From positions 94,674,001 through 94,738,000 of the forward strand of contig OX597823.1 in the NCBI GenBank assembly GCA_951406725.2: 64,000 nucleotides of DNA, given 5' to 3'. Shown here one piece after another: positions 37,931-50,580 of this stretch; within the stretch, counting starts at the first letter, position 1, and each line of letters opens with the position of its first letter. The notes beneath the pieces were generated by a model. It searched no databases. It worked only from the letters and a program-made list of their open reading frames with translations, and was not told the origin of the DNA. Position numbers and translations under genes: made by a program. The stretch comes from Octopus vulgaris. Taxonomy: Eukaryota.

Positions 37931-40785
37931 AGCCAACTAGTATTCTTGTTTGTGAGAGCAGTTGAGTTTATTTCAGATATTCTCATTTTAAAAAATCATT
38001 TCTGGCTAATCGTTAAGAGGACGTTGGTGTTGCCTTGGCAAAGGTTTGCGCTCTCTGAGTGCTCTTGTTATTATTATTATTATTATTATTAAGGTGCTAA
38101 GCTGACAGAATTGTTGGTGCGTCAGACAAGATGCATTGCAGCATTTTTTCTGGCTCTGTACATCCTGAGTTCAAATTCTGCCATGGTTGACTTTGTTTTT
38201 CATCCCTTTGGGAGTCAGTAAAATAAAGCATGAGTCAAATATTCTTTTCTACTCTAAGCACAAGGCCTGATATTGTTGGGGAGGGGGCCAGTCGATTAGA
38301 TCGACCTCAGTATGCAACTGGTACTTAATTTATCAACCCCCAAAAGATGAAAGGCAAAGTCAACCTCACTGGAATTTGAACTCAGAATGTAAAGACAGAC
38401 GAAATACAACTAAGCATTTCACCCGGGATGCTAATGATTCTGCTGGCTCGCCTCCTTAAAGCATGAGTCAAATATTGGAGTCAACATAATCAAGTTGCAC
38501 TCTCCTCTTCCTCCACCTTCAAAATTGCTGGCTTTGTTCAAAAATCAGAATTCTTAAGAGAAATTCTTCAAGCACTAAAAATTAAAAAAAGTTGCTAAAT
38601 TCAGTGGCATGCTGGTTGTTATAGATTGAATTAGTTTGAGTTAGAATTCTTTTTTATCAAGAGAAAAATGGCTGCTAATACAGAACAGCTGTCAATTTTG
38701 TGAAGAAATTTATAGACAGTTAATTTCAAACACACACACACACACGCACGCACATACACACACATGCACATTGAGATGTTTTTAACTGCTTTTTATCTGT
38801 TTTTATTGTTTAGAAGCTTGAAAGCTTAAAAAAAAAAGCAACTTTCCCACTTTGTGCACTGACAGGATATTTATAACCTGCTGCTTCAGCTGGTTATGAA
38901 AGAAATATGTAAGAAAAATCTAATTTTTCCTTGTAATTTAATTTTTTCCAGCTGCGCACACACACACACACACATGATAAAAATACCTGTTTTCTTGCAT
39001 CCTGATAATTAAACTTATTCTGATGCAGGCTACAACCAGTCTCAGGGGATTTTGCTTAATCTTAATCCATACAGAATAATAAAATTTAATTTGAATCCTT
39101 TAGTTTTCAAATTACTCTGTCAAATATAATTCTTATTCCCATTGTTTTCTATTAATCGTGTGTTATCTTGTAACTTTGAAATTTTAATGTTGTAATTGTT
39201 TATTTTTAGAACGACATTGTACAATAGGTGTGAGAGGTCAGATGGGGCCAGTCTGAACATAAATCCGGTAGAAATTCTTGATGTAGTATATGGTCAGTTT
39301 AAATGCTAAAGGGTGCAGAGTTTGCAGTTTCTTTTTGTAAATGTTTTTTTTTCCCTTTAAAATAATGTGATTACAAGTTTATTAAATATCCTCTGGTTAT
39401 TCCAAGTTATTTCTCTTACACTTGTACACGCACCTTTCTCTGTTGTACAAGAACAACGGACACCTGAACAGCTCTCCATCGGTTACAAAGACAACTGTTC
39501 CAGTTGATCTGGAACAGCTTGCTCATGAAATTAACTTGCAAGTGGCTGAGCACTCCACAGACATGCGTCCCCTTGATGTAGTTCTCAGGGAGATTCAGTG
39601 TGACATGTGACACAGAATGTGACATGGCTGGCCCCTTTGTATTACAGTTACAACTCCTGCCAGTTGGACTGGAGCAACGTGAAATAAAGTGTCTTGCTCA
39701 AGGATGCAACACACTGCTGGAGATTGAACTCTCGACCTTACTATTGTGAGCCAAATACTCTTACCACTATGCCATGTGTCTTCACAAGGGACACCTGAAA
39801 AACACTCAGCTATACCGTAACCAAAGTAACACGCCAAACACTAAGATTCCTCATTCTACCCAGAAAATATGCTTCCCTGGTTAGTTGTTGATCTTCTACA
39901 CGGCCCCACTGCAACCCCGTATTAAAGTATTTCTCACCCATCTATAACCACGCTGCTGTCACACACAAACCTTTGGGACCACATTTAGCTGGTTCTCAAC
40001 CTTTTTGATATCCCAGTCAGATAAAAAAAAAAACCTGGATTTTTTTTAGGGAGCCAAAAAAAAAATGTAAAAGAAATCAAAGAAAAATTTATATTTATAG
40101 AGGGAACACCATTAAGAGCCACACAAGGCCCAGAGATCCACAGTATAAACTCTAAACTTCTCGTGTCATTGCTATATTGATTTTTACTCTGCTCCTCTCA
40201 ACTAGAAAGCTACATCTATCATCCAGTCTTCAGTCACATCATCATCATCATTGTTTAACGTCCGCTTTCCATGCTAGCATGGGTTGGACGTATGACTGAG
40301 AGCTGGCAAACCTGATGGCTGCTCAAGGCTTCAATCTTGATCCGGCAGAGTTTCTACAGCTGGATGCCCTTCCTAATGCCAACCACTCTGAGAGTGTAAT
40401 AGGTGCACGGGGTCAGTCAGGCGGCACTGGCAACGACCTTGCTCGAATCTTTTACACATGCCACCAGCGCGGGTGCCAGTAAGGCGATGCTGATAACGAT
40501 CACGCTCGAATGGTGCCTTTTAAGTGCCGCTGGCACCATTGTCTTTTTTTTTTTTTTGTCATTCTTACTGTATTTCATGTCACAAATCCTGTATTCAATA
40601 TTTTACCTTAATTGTTCCCTGTCAGAACTGCAACCCTCAAATATCTCTTTGAGCCCCCCACCCTCTTTTTTTTCTTTCTTTTCTGCAAAAGTTCAAACTG
40701 GTTATCAATCACATTGATCTCATCTGAGGAATGGTTTATCAAAGACATGGACACTGTTTTGTTCTGCTACTAAGTTAATGATAAT

Positions 40786-41151
40786 AACAAGAGCACTCAG
40801 AGACCGCAAACCTCTGCCAAGGCAACACCAACATCCTCGCAACAATTAGCCAGAAATGATTTTTAAAATGAGAATATCTGAAATAAACTCAACTGCTCTC
40901 ACAAACGAGAATACTAAAAATGAACCCGACTGCTCTCAAAAATTAAGTGTAAAAAAAACAGGAAAAATAATCCAGAATCCTTGTCTAATACCGGATCAAT
41001 CCCAAAATCTAATCAGTTCATGCCAGTCATGAGGCCAAACATCCCTGAAAGTTTTATCTGAATCCATCCTGTGGTTCTTGAGATATCTTGTCCATAGACA
41101 AACAAAGATGGCTGAAAACAATACCTCCGCCTTTGCTAAGGCAGAGGTAAT
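40786..41151 (-). mobile_element. Non-autonomous Helentron-type (HINE-like) element; 3' fragment at 37938-38069 (+)
   Basis: Minus strand starts TTACCTCTGCCTTAGCAAAGGCGGAGGT and ends TTGGCAGAGGTTTGCGGTCTCTGAGTGCTCTTGTT. Confidence 0.65.
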
Positions 41152-41154
41152 AAT

Positions 41155-43345
41155 GGTTTCTAAATTAGGTTCACAGCAACCAGCAGTTTTGAGCAGAGAT
41201 GTTAGTCAGTACTTTATATCATTGATCCTGAAAGGATGAAAGGTAAAGTCTACCTTGGCAGCATTTAAATGCAGAACACAGACAGACAAAATGCTTCTAA
41301 GAATTTTCTCTTGTACAATAACAATGCTACCGGCTGAAAGTCCTTTAATAATCCTTTCTACCATAGGCACATGACCCTGAAATTGTGAGAGGAGGTGGGG
41401 ATGGGGTCGGTTGATTATCTTGGGCCCCAGTATGCAACTGGTATTTTATTTATCAGCCTGAAAGGGAAGTGAAAATTGAACCTCTGCAGAGTTTGAATTC
41501 AGATCATAAAGATGGATGTAATTCCACAAAGCATTTTACAAACTCACCACCTTAATAATGACAATAAGGATGCTTCTACAGGCACAAGACCGGAATTTTG
41601 AGTGGGAGGGCTAGTTGATTATATTGACTCCAGTGCTTAACCAACATTTTATCAGCCTTGAAAGGATGAGGGGCAAAGATGATTTGGGTGGTATTTGAAC
41701 TCAGGGCATTTTGTCTGGTGTGCTATAACTCAGCTTGCCACCTTAATTGATGATAATAATTCTCTCTTTTCTAGGCACAAGCCCTGAAATTTCGGGGCAG
41801 ACAGGGAGTCAATTAGATCAACCCCAGCACTCAACTAGTACTTAATTTATCAACTCCAAAAGGATGAAAAGTAAAGTCAACCTTGGTGGAATTTGAACTC
41901 AGAATGTAGCGGCAGACAAAATACTGCTAAGCATTTCACTCAGTGTGCTAACGATTCTGCCAGCTCGCTACCTTGATAATAATAATAGTGATAACGGTTT
42001 CAAATTCTGATGCAAGGCCAGCAACAAGGGGAGTGGCTAAGTTAATTACATCGATTCCCAGTGCTCAACTGGTACTTACTTTGTCTATCCTAAAAGGATG
42101 AAAAGTCAAGTTAACCTTGGCAGAATTTGAACTCAGAATGTAAAGGTTAGATGAAATGCTACTAAGCATTTTACCCAGCATGCTAATGGTTCTGCCAGCT
42201 CAGCCCTTAATAATCCTTTTTGTTATGGGCACAAGGCCTGAAATTTAGGGGAGGAGTATGTTCGATTACATCGACCCCAGTGTTTCACTGATACTTAATT
42301 TATCGACCCCGAAAGGATGAAAGGTAAAATCAACCTTGGCAGCATTTGAACTCAGAACATAAAGTCAGAAGAAATTCCCCCTAACATTTTGTCCACTGCA
42401 GTAACAATTCTGCCAGCTTGCCCTCATCATCATCATTTAACGTCCGTTTTCCATGCTGGCATGGGTTAGACGGATTGACTCAGATCTGGAAAGCCAGCGG
42501 CTGCACCAGGTTCCAATCTGATCTGGCAAAGTTTTTACAGCTAGATGCCCTTCTTAACGCCAACCACACTCTGAGAGTGTAGTGGGTCCTTTTTGCGTGC
42601 CACTGGTACAGGAGCCAGTCAGGTGGGCCTGGCATTGATTACATTTGAATAGTGCTTCCTACTTGTCAACGGCATGGAGCCAGTCAGGGGCTACTGGCAT
42701 TGGCCACGTTCAGATGGTGCTTTTTACGTGCCACCAACACTGAAGCCAGTCATGGGTCCCTGGCATCGATCACATTGTCACTTTAATAATAATACTAATA
42801 ATGTTTTTTTATTAACCATAAGGGCCAAAAATAATAATAATAGTGTTGGTGGTTTCTGATTTGTGCACAAAGTGAGCAATTTTGAGGGGCGGGTGTTGGT
42901 ACCATTCTGCACAATACTTGACTGGTACTTTATATTGTTGACCCCAAAAGGGTGAAAGGCAAGGTTGGCCTTGGTGTGGTTTGAACACTGAACCTAATTT
43001 GTCCGAATAAATCCTGCTAGGCATTTTCCTCCAATGTTCCATTGTTTCTTTCAACTTGCCACCTTTAGCTAAATAACAGTTCTTGATTTAAGCATAAAGT
43101 CAGTAATTTCATGGGGAGCCATTAGTCAATGCCATCAATCACAGTATTTGACTGATGCTATGTGTTATGGGCCCCAAAGGATGAAAGGCAAATTTTGATA
43201 ATACTTTCTTATTTTGGCACAAGGCCAGCAATCTTGAGGGGCACGGAAGTTGATTACTTTCCCACCAATGCCCAACTGACCCTTATTTATTCAAATCCAA
43301 TAAAGATGAAAGGCAAAGTGAATGTGAGCGGAATTTGAATTCAGA
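41155..43345 (-). repeat. Array of ~9 co-oriented copies of one tRNA-derived SINE, mostly separated by (TAA)n; smaller clusters at 8620-9115, 36975-37595 and 38090-38540
   Basis: Repeated ggcacaaggcc...gacccc..aaaggatgaaaggcaaagtc..aatttgaactcag..ttctgccagct units. Confidence 0.85.
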
Positions 43346-43526
43346 GCGCCCCACTGGCTCCTGTATTTCACCTGTTGCTACATTCTGAGTTCAAATACCG
43401 CCTAGGTCGACTTTGCTTTTAATCCTTTTGGGGTCAATTAAAGAAGTGACAGTTACGCACTGGGTTTGATGTAATCGACTTAATCCCTTCCCCCAAATGT
43501 GAGGCCTTGTGCTTCCGGTAGAAAGG

Positions 43527-43558
<32 letters not shown>

Positions 43559-43559
<1 letters not shown>

Positions 43560-44072
43560 GACATCACACAGTATATGATATTGTGAGGTTGTTGATTGAA
43601 GATATCATATCTACTGGGGGTTTGTACTGTTTGTCACGTCACAACAAGGACCTCAGACAGACAGTACTTTACGCAATATGCGTGCAGTTCCAAATAATGC
43701 TGACTTTTGCATTACATCTAGAGTATCACTAAGATTTTCAGATGTTTCTTTCACATTGGGTGGCATTGAACCCAATTCTCTGATGACAATAGGGATAACC
43801 TCTATGCTCAACTCTTATAGCTGCCACATCTTAGCGATCTCAATTCTCAGGTCTCCATATTTATCAATCTTTTTCTCTTTCTTTCATGATGATATGTTGA
43901 TCTCTTGGCGCTGCCATATCAATTATTAGGCACTCTTGTTTGTCCCTCCTAAAGGTTACTATACCCTGCCTTCAGTGTTCTAACACATTGTCTGTATAGA
44001 AATTAAAGTCCCATTAGATTTTTGGCTTCCCTTTTCGTCCATTACTCTTGTGCTTCCAGGAGAAAGGTTTGT
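43559..44072 (-). pseudogene. R4/Dong-clade (restriction-like endonuclease) non-LTR retrotransposon 3' fragment, inserted in (TAA)n
   Basis: Minus-strand translation with a frameshift and stops: WDFNFYTD...LIIDMAAPRDQHIIMKEREK/KIDKYGDLRIEIAKMW...VIPIVIRELGSMP...MQKSALFGTARILRKVLSV*; (TTA)n on both flanks. Confidence 0.85.
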
Positions 44073-44616
44073 TTATTATTATTATTATTATTATTATTGA
44101 CAGTTTCCTCCAGTAACAGCTGTGTCTTTACTTATTGTCATCTAATGACCTGCTAAATTAAAGTAGAACCAGTTTGTCAGCCAGGCTAATTTTCTCCTTT
44201 GTATTGAATATTGAATTACCCATACAGCCATCTGTGTTGGCACTTTAACCTCGTAGCTTTTATGTTTCATCGATGTTAGAAATGAATAATTAATACTCCT
44301 GTTTACTCTCTAAATAACGGCTTGAGAAATACGGCTAATCTTGACTGACTACTCAAATGTCTCCACATCTGGCTTTTATTTAAGTTTTTAATTTCACTCA
44401 ATCACTCACATACCTATTCAGTGCTTGATCTATTTTCTGTTTACGCAATGATTTAGTGACTGTGAGGTGTTAACTGGAAACGATGTTATAAACAGAAGCT
44501 CGGCCTTTGTCACAGCTGATGTCGGGTGGAGCCGGACAAGGGACATAACTCTACATATTTCAGCTTTTGTTAACCACTTTTGTTAACCCCGGTAGATATG
44601 AGAAAGAAGAGGACGC

Positions 44617-44815
44617 AGCGGTGGTAGTGGTGGTGGTGGTGGCGGCGGCGGTGGTGGTAGTAGTAGTGGTGGTGGTGGTGGTAGCAGTAGTAGTAGTAGT
44701 GGTGGTGATGGCGGTGGTAGTGATGGTAATGGCGGCGGCGGTGGTGGTGGTAGTAGTAGTGGCGGTGGTGATGTTAGTGGTAGTGGTGGCGGTGGTGGTG
44801 GTTTTGATGGTAACT
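44617..44815. repeat. Compound (GGT)/(GTA)/(GGC) trinucleotide repeat
   Basis: Directly visible. Confidence 0.95.
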
Positions 44816-46764
44816 ACGGTGCAGGGTTTTTGGTGGTGGACCTGTTTTCATCCCTGTTTACAACAATGTGAAGGTAGTGGTAATCCTTCGGCATCGGCAG
44901 ACGACGTCATTCGCCCACAAAAAAATCTTCCTTCATGACATAAAGAGGGTGAAGGTGAACGTCGTTGTCTCCTCGCACCATCACTCTCGAGACCAATACC
45001 GAAAGAAGATAACTACTGTAAGATTACATCTATGCTATGCTAATAGTAACAAAAAAAAAAATAAAAGATACTTGTACAGTGGATATGTTTACATTTTGTT
45101 AACAGAATTCTGTGTAGTCAACAAATGATTTCACATTGGCTTTGTATGTCTACAAAATCTTTTTGCTTAGGAAATGACACCTTTGATATTCACTCTCAGT
45201 TTACCCATCAACAAATCATTATCATCATCATCATCATCGTTTAACGTCCGCTTTCCATGCTGGCATGGGTTGGACGGTTTGACTGAGGACTGACAAGCGA
45301 GAAGGCTGCATCAGGCTCAATCTGGTCTGGCAAAGTTTCTATACCTGGATGCCCTTCCTAATGCCAACCACTCTAGGAGTGTAGTGGGTCCTTTTTATGT
45401 GCCACCGGCACAGGAGCCAGTCAGGTGGGCCTAGCATCAATCATGTTTGGATAGTGCTTTCTACGTGCCAATAGCATGGGAGCCAGTCAAGGGGTATAGG
45501 TATTGGCCACGTTCAGATGGTGCTTTTTATGTGCCACCAGCACAGAAGCCAGTCAAGGGTCTCTGGCATCAATCATGTTGCCACTTTAATAATCACAATA
45601 ATAATAATGATAATAATCATTTCTTTATTAACCACAAGAGCCGAAAATAATAATAATAATGTTGGCAGTTTCTGATTTGTGCACAAAGTGAGCAATTTTG
45701 AGGGGGGGGTGTTGGTACCATTCTGCACAGTACTTGACTGGTACTTTAAATTGTTGACGTACCACTAGCACGAGGGCCAGTCAGGCGGTTCTGGTAATGA
45801 CCATCCTCACACTCAAAAGGTGTTTCTATGTGCTACCTGCACAGGAGCCAGTCAGGCAGCGCTGGCAACGACCATGCTAGAATGTTGTTTTTTCACGTGC
45901 CACCGGCACATGTGCCGGTAAGGCGATGCTGGCGACGATCATGCTCAAATGGTGCTTTTCACATGTCACCAGCATGGGAGCCAATCCCTGGCCCTGACAA
46001 TGATCATGCTCGGATGTGCTTTTAACATTCCACTGGCACGAATGCCAAACAGGCAGTACTGCCATCAGCCACATCAGCGAAAGTTCCGTTCGATAATTAG
46101 ACCAATAAATACATTCAAATATACAATCAAAGGTACAGAGATTAGTGGTCGAGAGGTGTTGCCTTCATGGTTATAAGATTGTGGTTTTGTGTCCTGGACC
46201 AGGTGATGCATGTGTTCTTGAGCAAAGCGCTGCATTTCATGCTGTTCCACTCAGCTGTGAAGGAGTTAACAGGGTGATGGACTAGCATCTCATCCAGGTG
46301 GTGACTAGCTTGGATCTCACCATTTCATCATCATTGTTATTATTTCCACGTTTCTATGTTTTCATGGATCAGGTGGAATTTGTTGGGTTAGATTTTCTAT
46401 GGCTGAATGCACCTACTCCTCCGCTGCCAGTCCTCACCTGTTTCCAAGCAAGGTAACATTTCGTCATGACCAAATATGCTTTCTTGGAGGATTAGTAATG
46501 AGGTACACCGCTTGCATGACGGTGACACTCCTTTACAATGATCACTCAAAGCCAAGGCAAGGGGACAGTAATAAATCCCCTCAAACCATCCAGTCCATGC
46601 CAACACGGACGGTGTTTGAGGATTCCTTTCAGTTTCCATCTTCCAAACCCAATTACAAAGCCCTAGTAGAAGGCACTTGCTTGACATACCATACAGTGGG
46701 ACTGAACCTGGAACCACATGACTAGGAAGAAAACTTTCTCATCAGACAGCCACACTTCTGACAT

Positions 46765-47160
46765 GTGTAAAGAAGTGCCCCCACTCTAACTGTGGAGGGA
46801 ACCTGTGGAAGAGGTAGACCCAGGAAGACATGGGATGAGGTGGTGAAGCATGATTTTAAAATGTTGGGCCTCATGGAGATGATGACAAGTGAGTGAGACC
46901 CGGGACCCTTGGTGATATGCTGTGCATGAGAAGACTCACAAAGTCAAGTGAAATTATGTCTGATACTGGTGTCACGTAACTGGCACCTGTGCCAGTAGAA
47001 TGTAAAGGCACCTATGATGGTGGCACATAAAAACACTCATGTTGGTGGCACATGAAAAGCAACCATTACACTCTTGGAGTGTTTGGTGTCAGGAAGGGCA
47101 TCCAGCCATAGAAACCATGCCAAATCAGACTTCAGCTCTCTGGTTTACCAGTTCCAGCAT
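46765..47160 (+). mobile_element. RTE LINE ORF2 C-terminus plus 3' UTR
   Basis: TVEGTCGRGRPRKTWDEVVKHDFKMLGL (RTE GRPxxxW motif) running into the gtggcacataaaa sub-repeat UTR. Confidence 0.8.
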
Positions 47161-49299
47161 TGGTCTTTGTCAGAAAGAGGAGAAAGGAAAGGTCCTGGGA
47201 AAGGAAAAAAAGTCCAGTAAGAGCAAGTGTGGCTGTGATGTAAGAAGTTTACTTCCTAACCATATGGTTCTAGGTTCAATTCCACTGCATAGGGCCAATC
47301 AAAGACAAGTCTTGTGTGTGGAATACATGGAAACTGAAAGAAGCCTGTCATAGATATGTGTGTGTGTCACTGTCATCTTGCCTTGACATCACATGATAGT
47401 CATGAGTGAGTGTAACCATCATGTGAGCAGTGTGCCTTGTGTCCAATCTTCCAAGACATGTTTCATGATGGGGAAATATTACCTTTGCTAGAAACATGTG
47501 AAGGTCAGCAACAGGAACCAATAAAGAATCTGGTTCAGCAAATTCCATCCAACCCATGCCAGCATGGAAAAGTGGATATTAAAGCAGTGGTGGTGATGAT
47601 GATGATATATAAGTAGAGACAGACAGACAGACAGACATTTACAGGCATAACAAATGTATTTATATGAAGAGTTACATACACAATTCACAAGATGCAATCA
47701 AGTCTAATCATGATTAGATCATGGAATTCATATACATTCCTTATGTGTTTATCTGTCCTTCCACTTCCAAACTTGCTCAATAATGATTGTTTTTTTTAAC
47801 TGACTGTCTACCTCTGGATTACCTGAACCTGGTGTAAACACACAACCAAACCTATAATAACATAAACTGTAAGGGCAGTGGATAGAGTAGAACCTTCAGC
47901 AGAGAAAAGACCGCAAGCTAAATATCACCTCCAGCCCCACCAAGTACCATTTGATTAATCTGATCAGATCTGAGATTGGTCAGGTGAGCAAGCACATTCT
48001 CAGGAAGATCAATGATGATTCAAAGAAATTATCTTGTGTCTCCCCATGGCAAATTGCAAAAAAAAAAAAAATGTAATTTCATGATTTAAGGTCAACCAGG
48101 GTAGAGGTAAGTCAAGGGTCACCCAATTCAATAAAGTGGAATTTTATCCATTCATATCAAGAGGGCTGTTACATAAAGGACTTATTTTACTAGAGAACTT
48201 ACCAACATTTGTGTTAGGGCTTTGCATGTAATAATGCATACCAGAAAATCTCACCTCTTTAATGAATGTTGAATTTGAGTTAAACAAACAAACCCAGAAG
48301 TTGCCATCAGTGTCACGACAGGGCACCTCCAGCAACACACATATCTGCAATTTTATAACATTTTTATATTACACACCTGAGATTCGAAATTTAATTCAAC
48401 TCACTTTAGTTATTGGACACATAAGCTTAAAAAAGACCTAATTCAGACCCTTAAATCACCTAAAGTTCAAAGTTACTATAGAGACTAACCTAAATTGTAG
48501 TTAATTTTTTATAGATAACATATGATTTATGTTATGCAGCATGGAATTTTGTCAGTGAACAGGTCATGATCTCAAAGCGATGAAAATATTTTGGCAAATT
48601 AAATTTAAATGTTGAAGTGAATCTAATGGATTTTATATGTTTCTTAAATGGCTTATAAACACATTCCACACTGCAATTGTTTTCATTCCAGCACATGATC
48701 TCAGATCAGGTCACTTGCTATGCAAGTACATCTCTGTAAAGATAACATAAGATTTAGACACAGCTGTAAAACCAAATATGAAGCTGTCATACACCAACAC
48801 AGCTTCCAGCCACCTGTTTATATTGTTTGAAAACTTTGATATGGGTGTCAACAGGTGGTTTTGAAGCCACCAATGTGGATGTCTTCAATACAGCAGCATC
48901 CTACTACAATGAGGCTTTCACTTCAGTAGATTTAAGGACTACATTATTAACAAGCAGCAAGGTAACCACAACAGTGCTGGTGCCATGGAATGCACCAAAT
49001 ACTCCCTAAATGAAGGGTAATTGATTCTAACAGAAACAATACAGGGTTTGAGAGAGTTTTTTAGTCGTGCTGGTGACATGGCAACCTCCATGGTGCTGGT
49101 GCCAATGAATAATAACTGCAATACACCCTGTAAAGCAGTTGGTGTTAGGAAGGGCATCCTTGCTGTAGAAACCAAGCCCCCAAAAACGGAGATATTGGAG
49201 AAAGGTATGGACCTTAGATATGTTGAGTTCTGTTGAACCATCCAACCCATGCTACTATGAAAGATAGGCATCAAATGATGATGATGAAGATATATATAT

Positions 49300-49800
49300 A
49301 TAATCGTTAAAGAGGTCCAACCATGCTAGCAAAGAAAACAGATGATGATGATGATGATGATAAACATTAATACAAGGCAAACATCTCAAGACATACACAT
49401 TATTATTATTATTGGAAAAAAATTCAAAGTCTTACTGCTGTTTCTGGGATATCCCCGAGCATGGGATATTCCATCATCAGAGACAAATAGGGAAAAATGA
49501 GAAGGCTATAGATTAATGAGATGATGACATAGACGAGAGGAGTAAAAGAATAAGGAGATAGAAAGAAAGAAGGAAAAAAGAAGCATAAAAGTTCATAGTT
49601 CACTTTCCGATGTTGTAGAAACAAGAGCATGAGTCCTTAGATGCAATCCTGCAGAGGTCCATGAGCGTAAGTCCTTACGTACAATGGCTCCATAACTACC
49701 GTCTCGGCTATAACCTTGGAGTCCCAGTAATCCGTTACAGCTCTCACTTAGCATACCTAATTGTTTAGATCACCTGCGAACTAAACACCCATACTTTGTA
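49300..49800 (-). mobile_element. Penelope-like/retrozyme element in (TA)n; internally deleted copy at 21107-21220
   Basis: Flanked by (TA)n; contains the hammerhead at 49429-49484; ends match the 21.1-kb copy (gttaaagagg...aaggcaaacatctcaag...ttagatcacctg..aaacacccata). Confidence 0.7.
49429..49484 (-). ncRNA. Type I hammerhead ribozyme motif
   Basis: GUCU-CUGAUGA-UGGAAUAUCCC(AUGCUCG)GGGAUAUCCCA-GAAA-C(AGCA)G-UA-AGAC: full catalytic core, 4-bp stem I, 11-position stem II with one mismatch, GUA cleavage triplet. Confidence 0.75.
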
Positions 49801-50346
49801 TATATATATATATATATATATATAAATTTCACAAAATATAATATATATATAAAAATTAGAAAAAAACCACCTTTTATCAAATTAAAATGAACAATTAAAT
49901 TACACTATCTAGAAAATTACATATAATAGAAATATTAAAAATAAAATAACAATAATATACCGATGATTAAGTAAATTGCAAAATAATAATAAAAACGTAT
50001 ATATTTATATACACACACACACACATGCACATACACACGCACACACACATACACACACACATACACACACACATATGTATGGGGCAGTACTAACTGGACA
50101 TAAACAGGGACTCGATCAATCATGGCTGAGTCACTTGACTGAGGGTGTCAGGTGCAGAAAAATTTGGAACACCTAATGACTTCAAGAAACATTATTGACG
50201 ATATGTACATGTGAACCCCTTTATGGATGTGAAACTATTGGTCCCTCTTTGACCAGACATAGACTTAACTCCTTACAAATACATTAAAGCTCGACACTTT
50301 GGAGTGTGGTTCTTTTTCAGATATGATACACTGACGATTGTATATA

Positions 50347-50580
50347 CTGGGCTGGCCAAAAGTCACCTGAGAGGGAATCAAAATTCCATAAATATTCTCT
50401 GTAATTCTGTATTGACTCAAATGGAAAAATGTGTCACTCAAGATAGGACTTCAGTTTGAACAATTTTCATGATGTTTCATATTTAGATGCTTTTATTAAA
50501 TTCATTCACTTGTTAAACATAAATAAATCTTGGAATTAAATAGTTTTGATTTACTGTCAGGTGACTTTTGGCCAATCCTG
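50347..50580. mobile_element. Tc1/mariner-type MITE
   Basis: TA-flanked; TIRs CTGGGCTGGCCAAAAGTCACCTGA.. / ..TCAGGTGACTTTTGGCCAATCCTG. Confidence 0.75.

Noticed and set aside
44567-44938. 123-aa poly-Val ORF
   Set aside because: Translation of a (GGT/GTA)n microsatellite; no ATG start and no recognisable domain.
45770-46075. Regularly spaced ~50-bp repeats resembling a CRISPR array
   Set aside because: Internal sub-repeats of the RTE 3' UTR: units are homologous along their whole length, there are no unique spacers or cas genes, and the context is eukaryotic.
48144-48350. 68-aa minus-strand ORF in non-repetitive-looking DNA
   Set aside because: No recognisable homology, and no convincing splice sites linking it to other exons.
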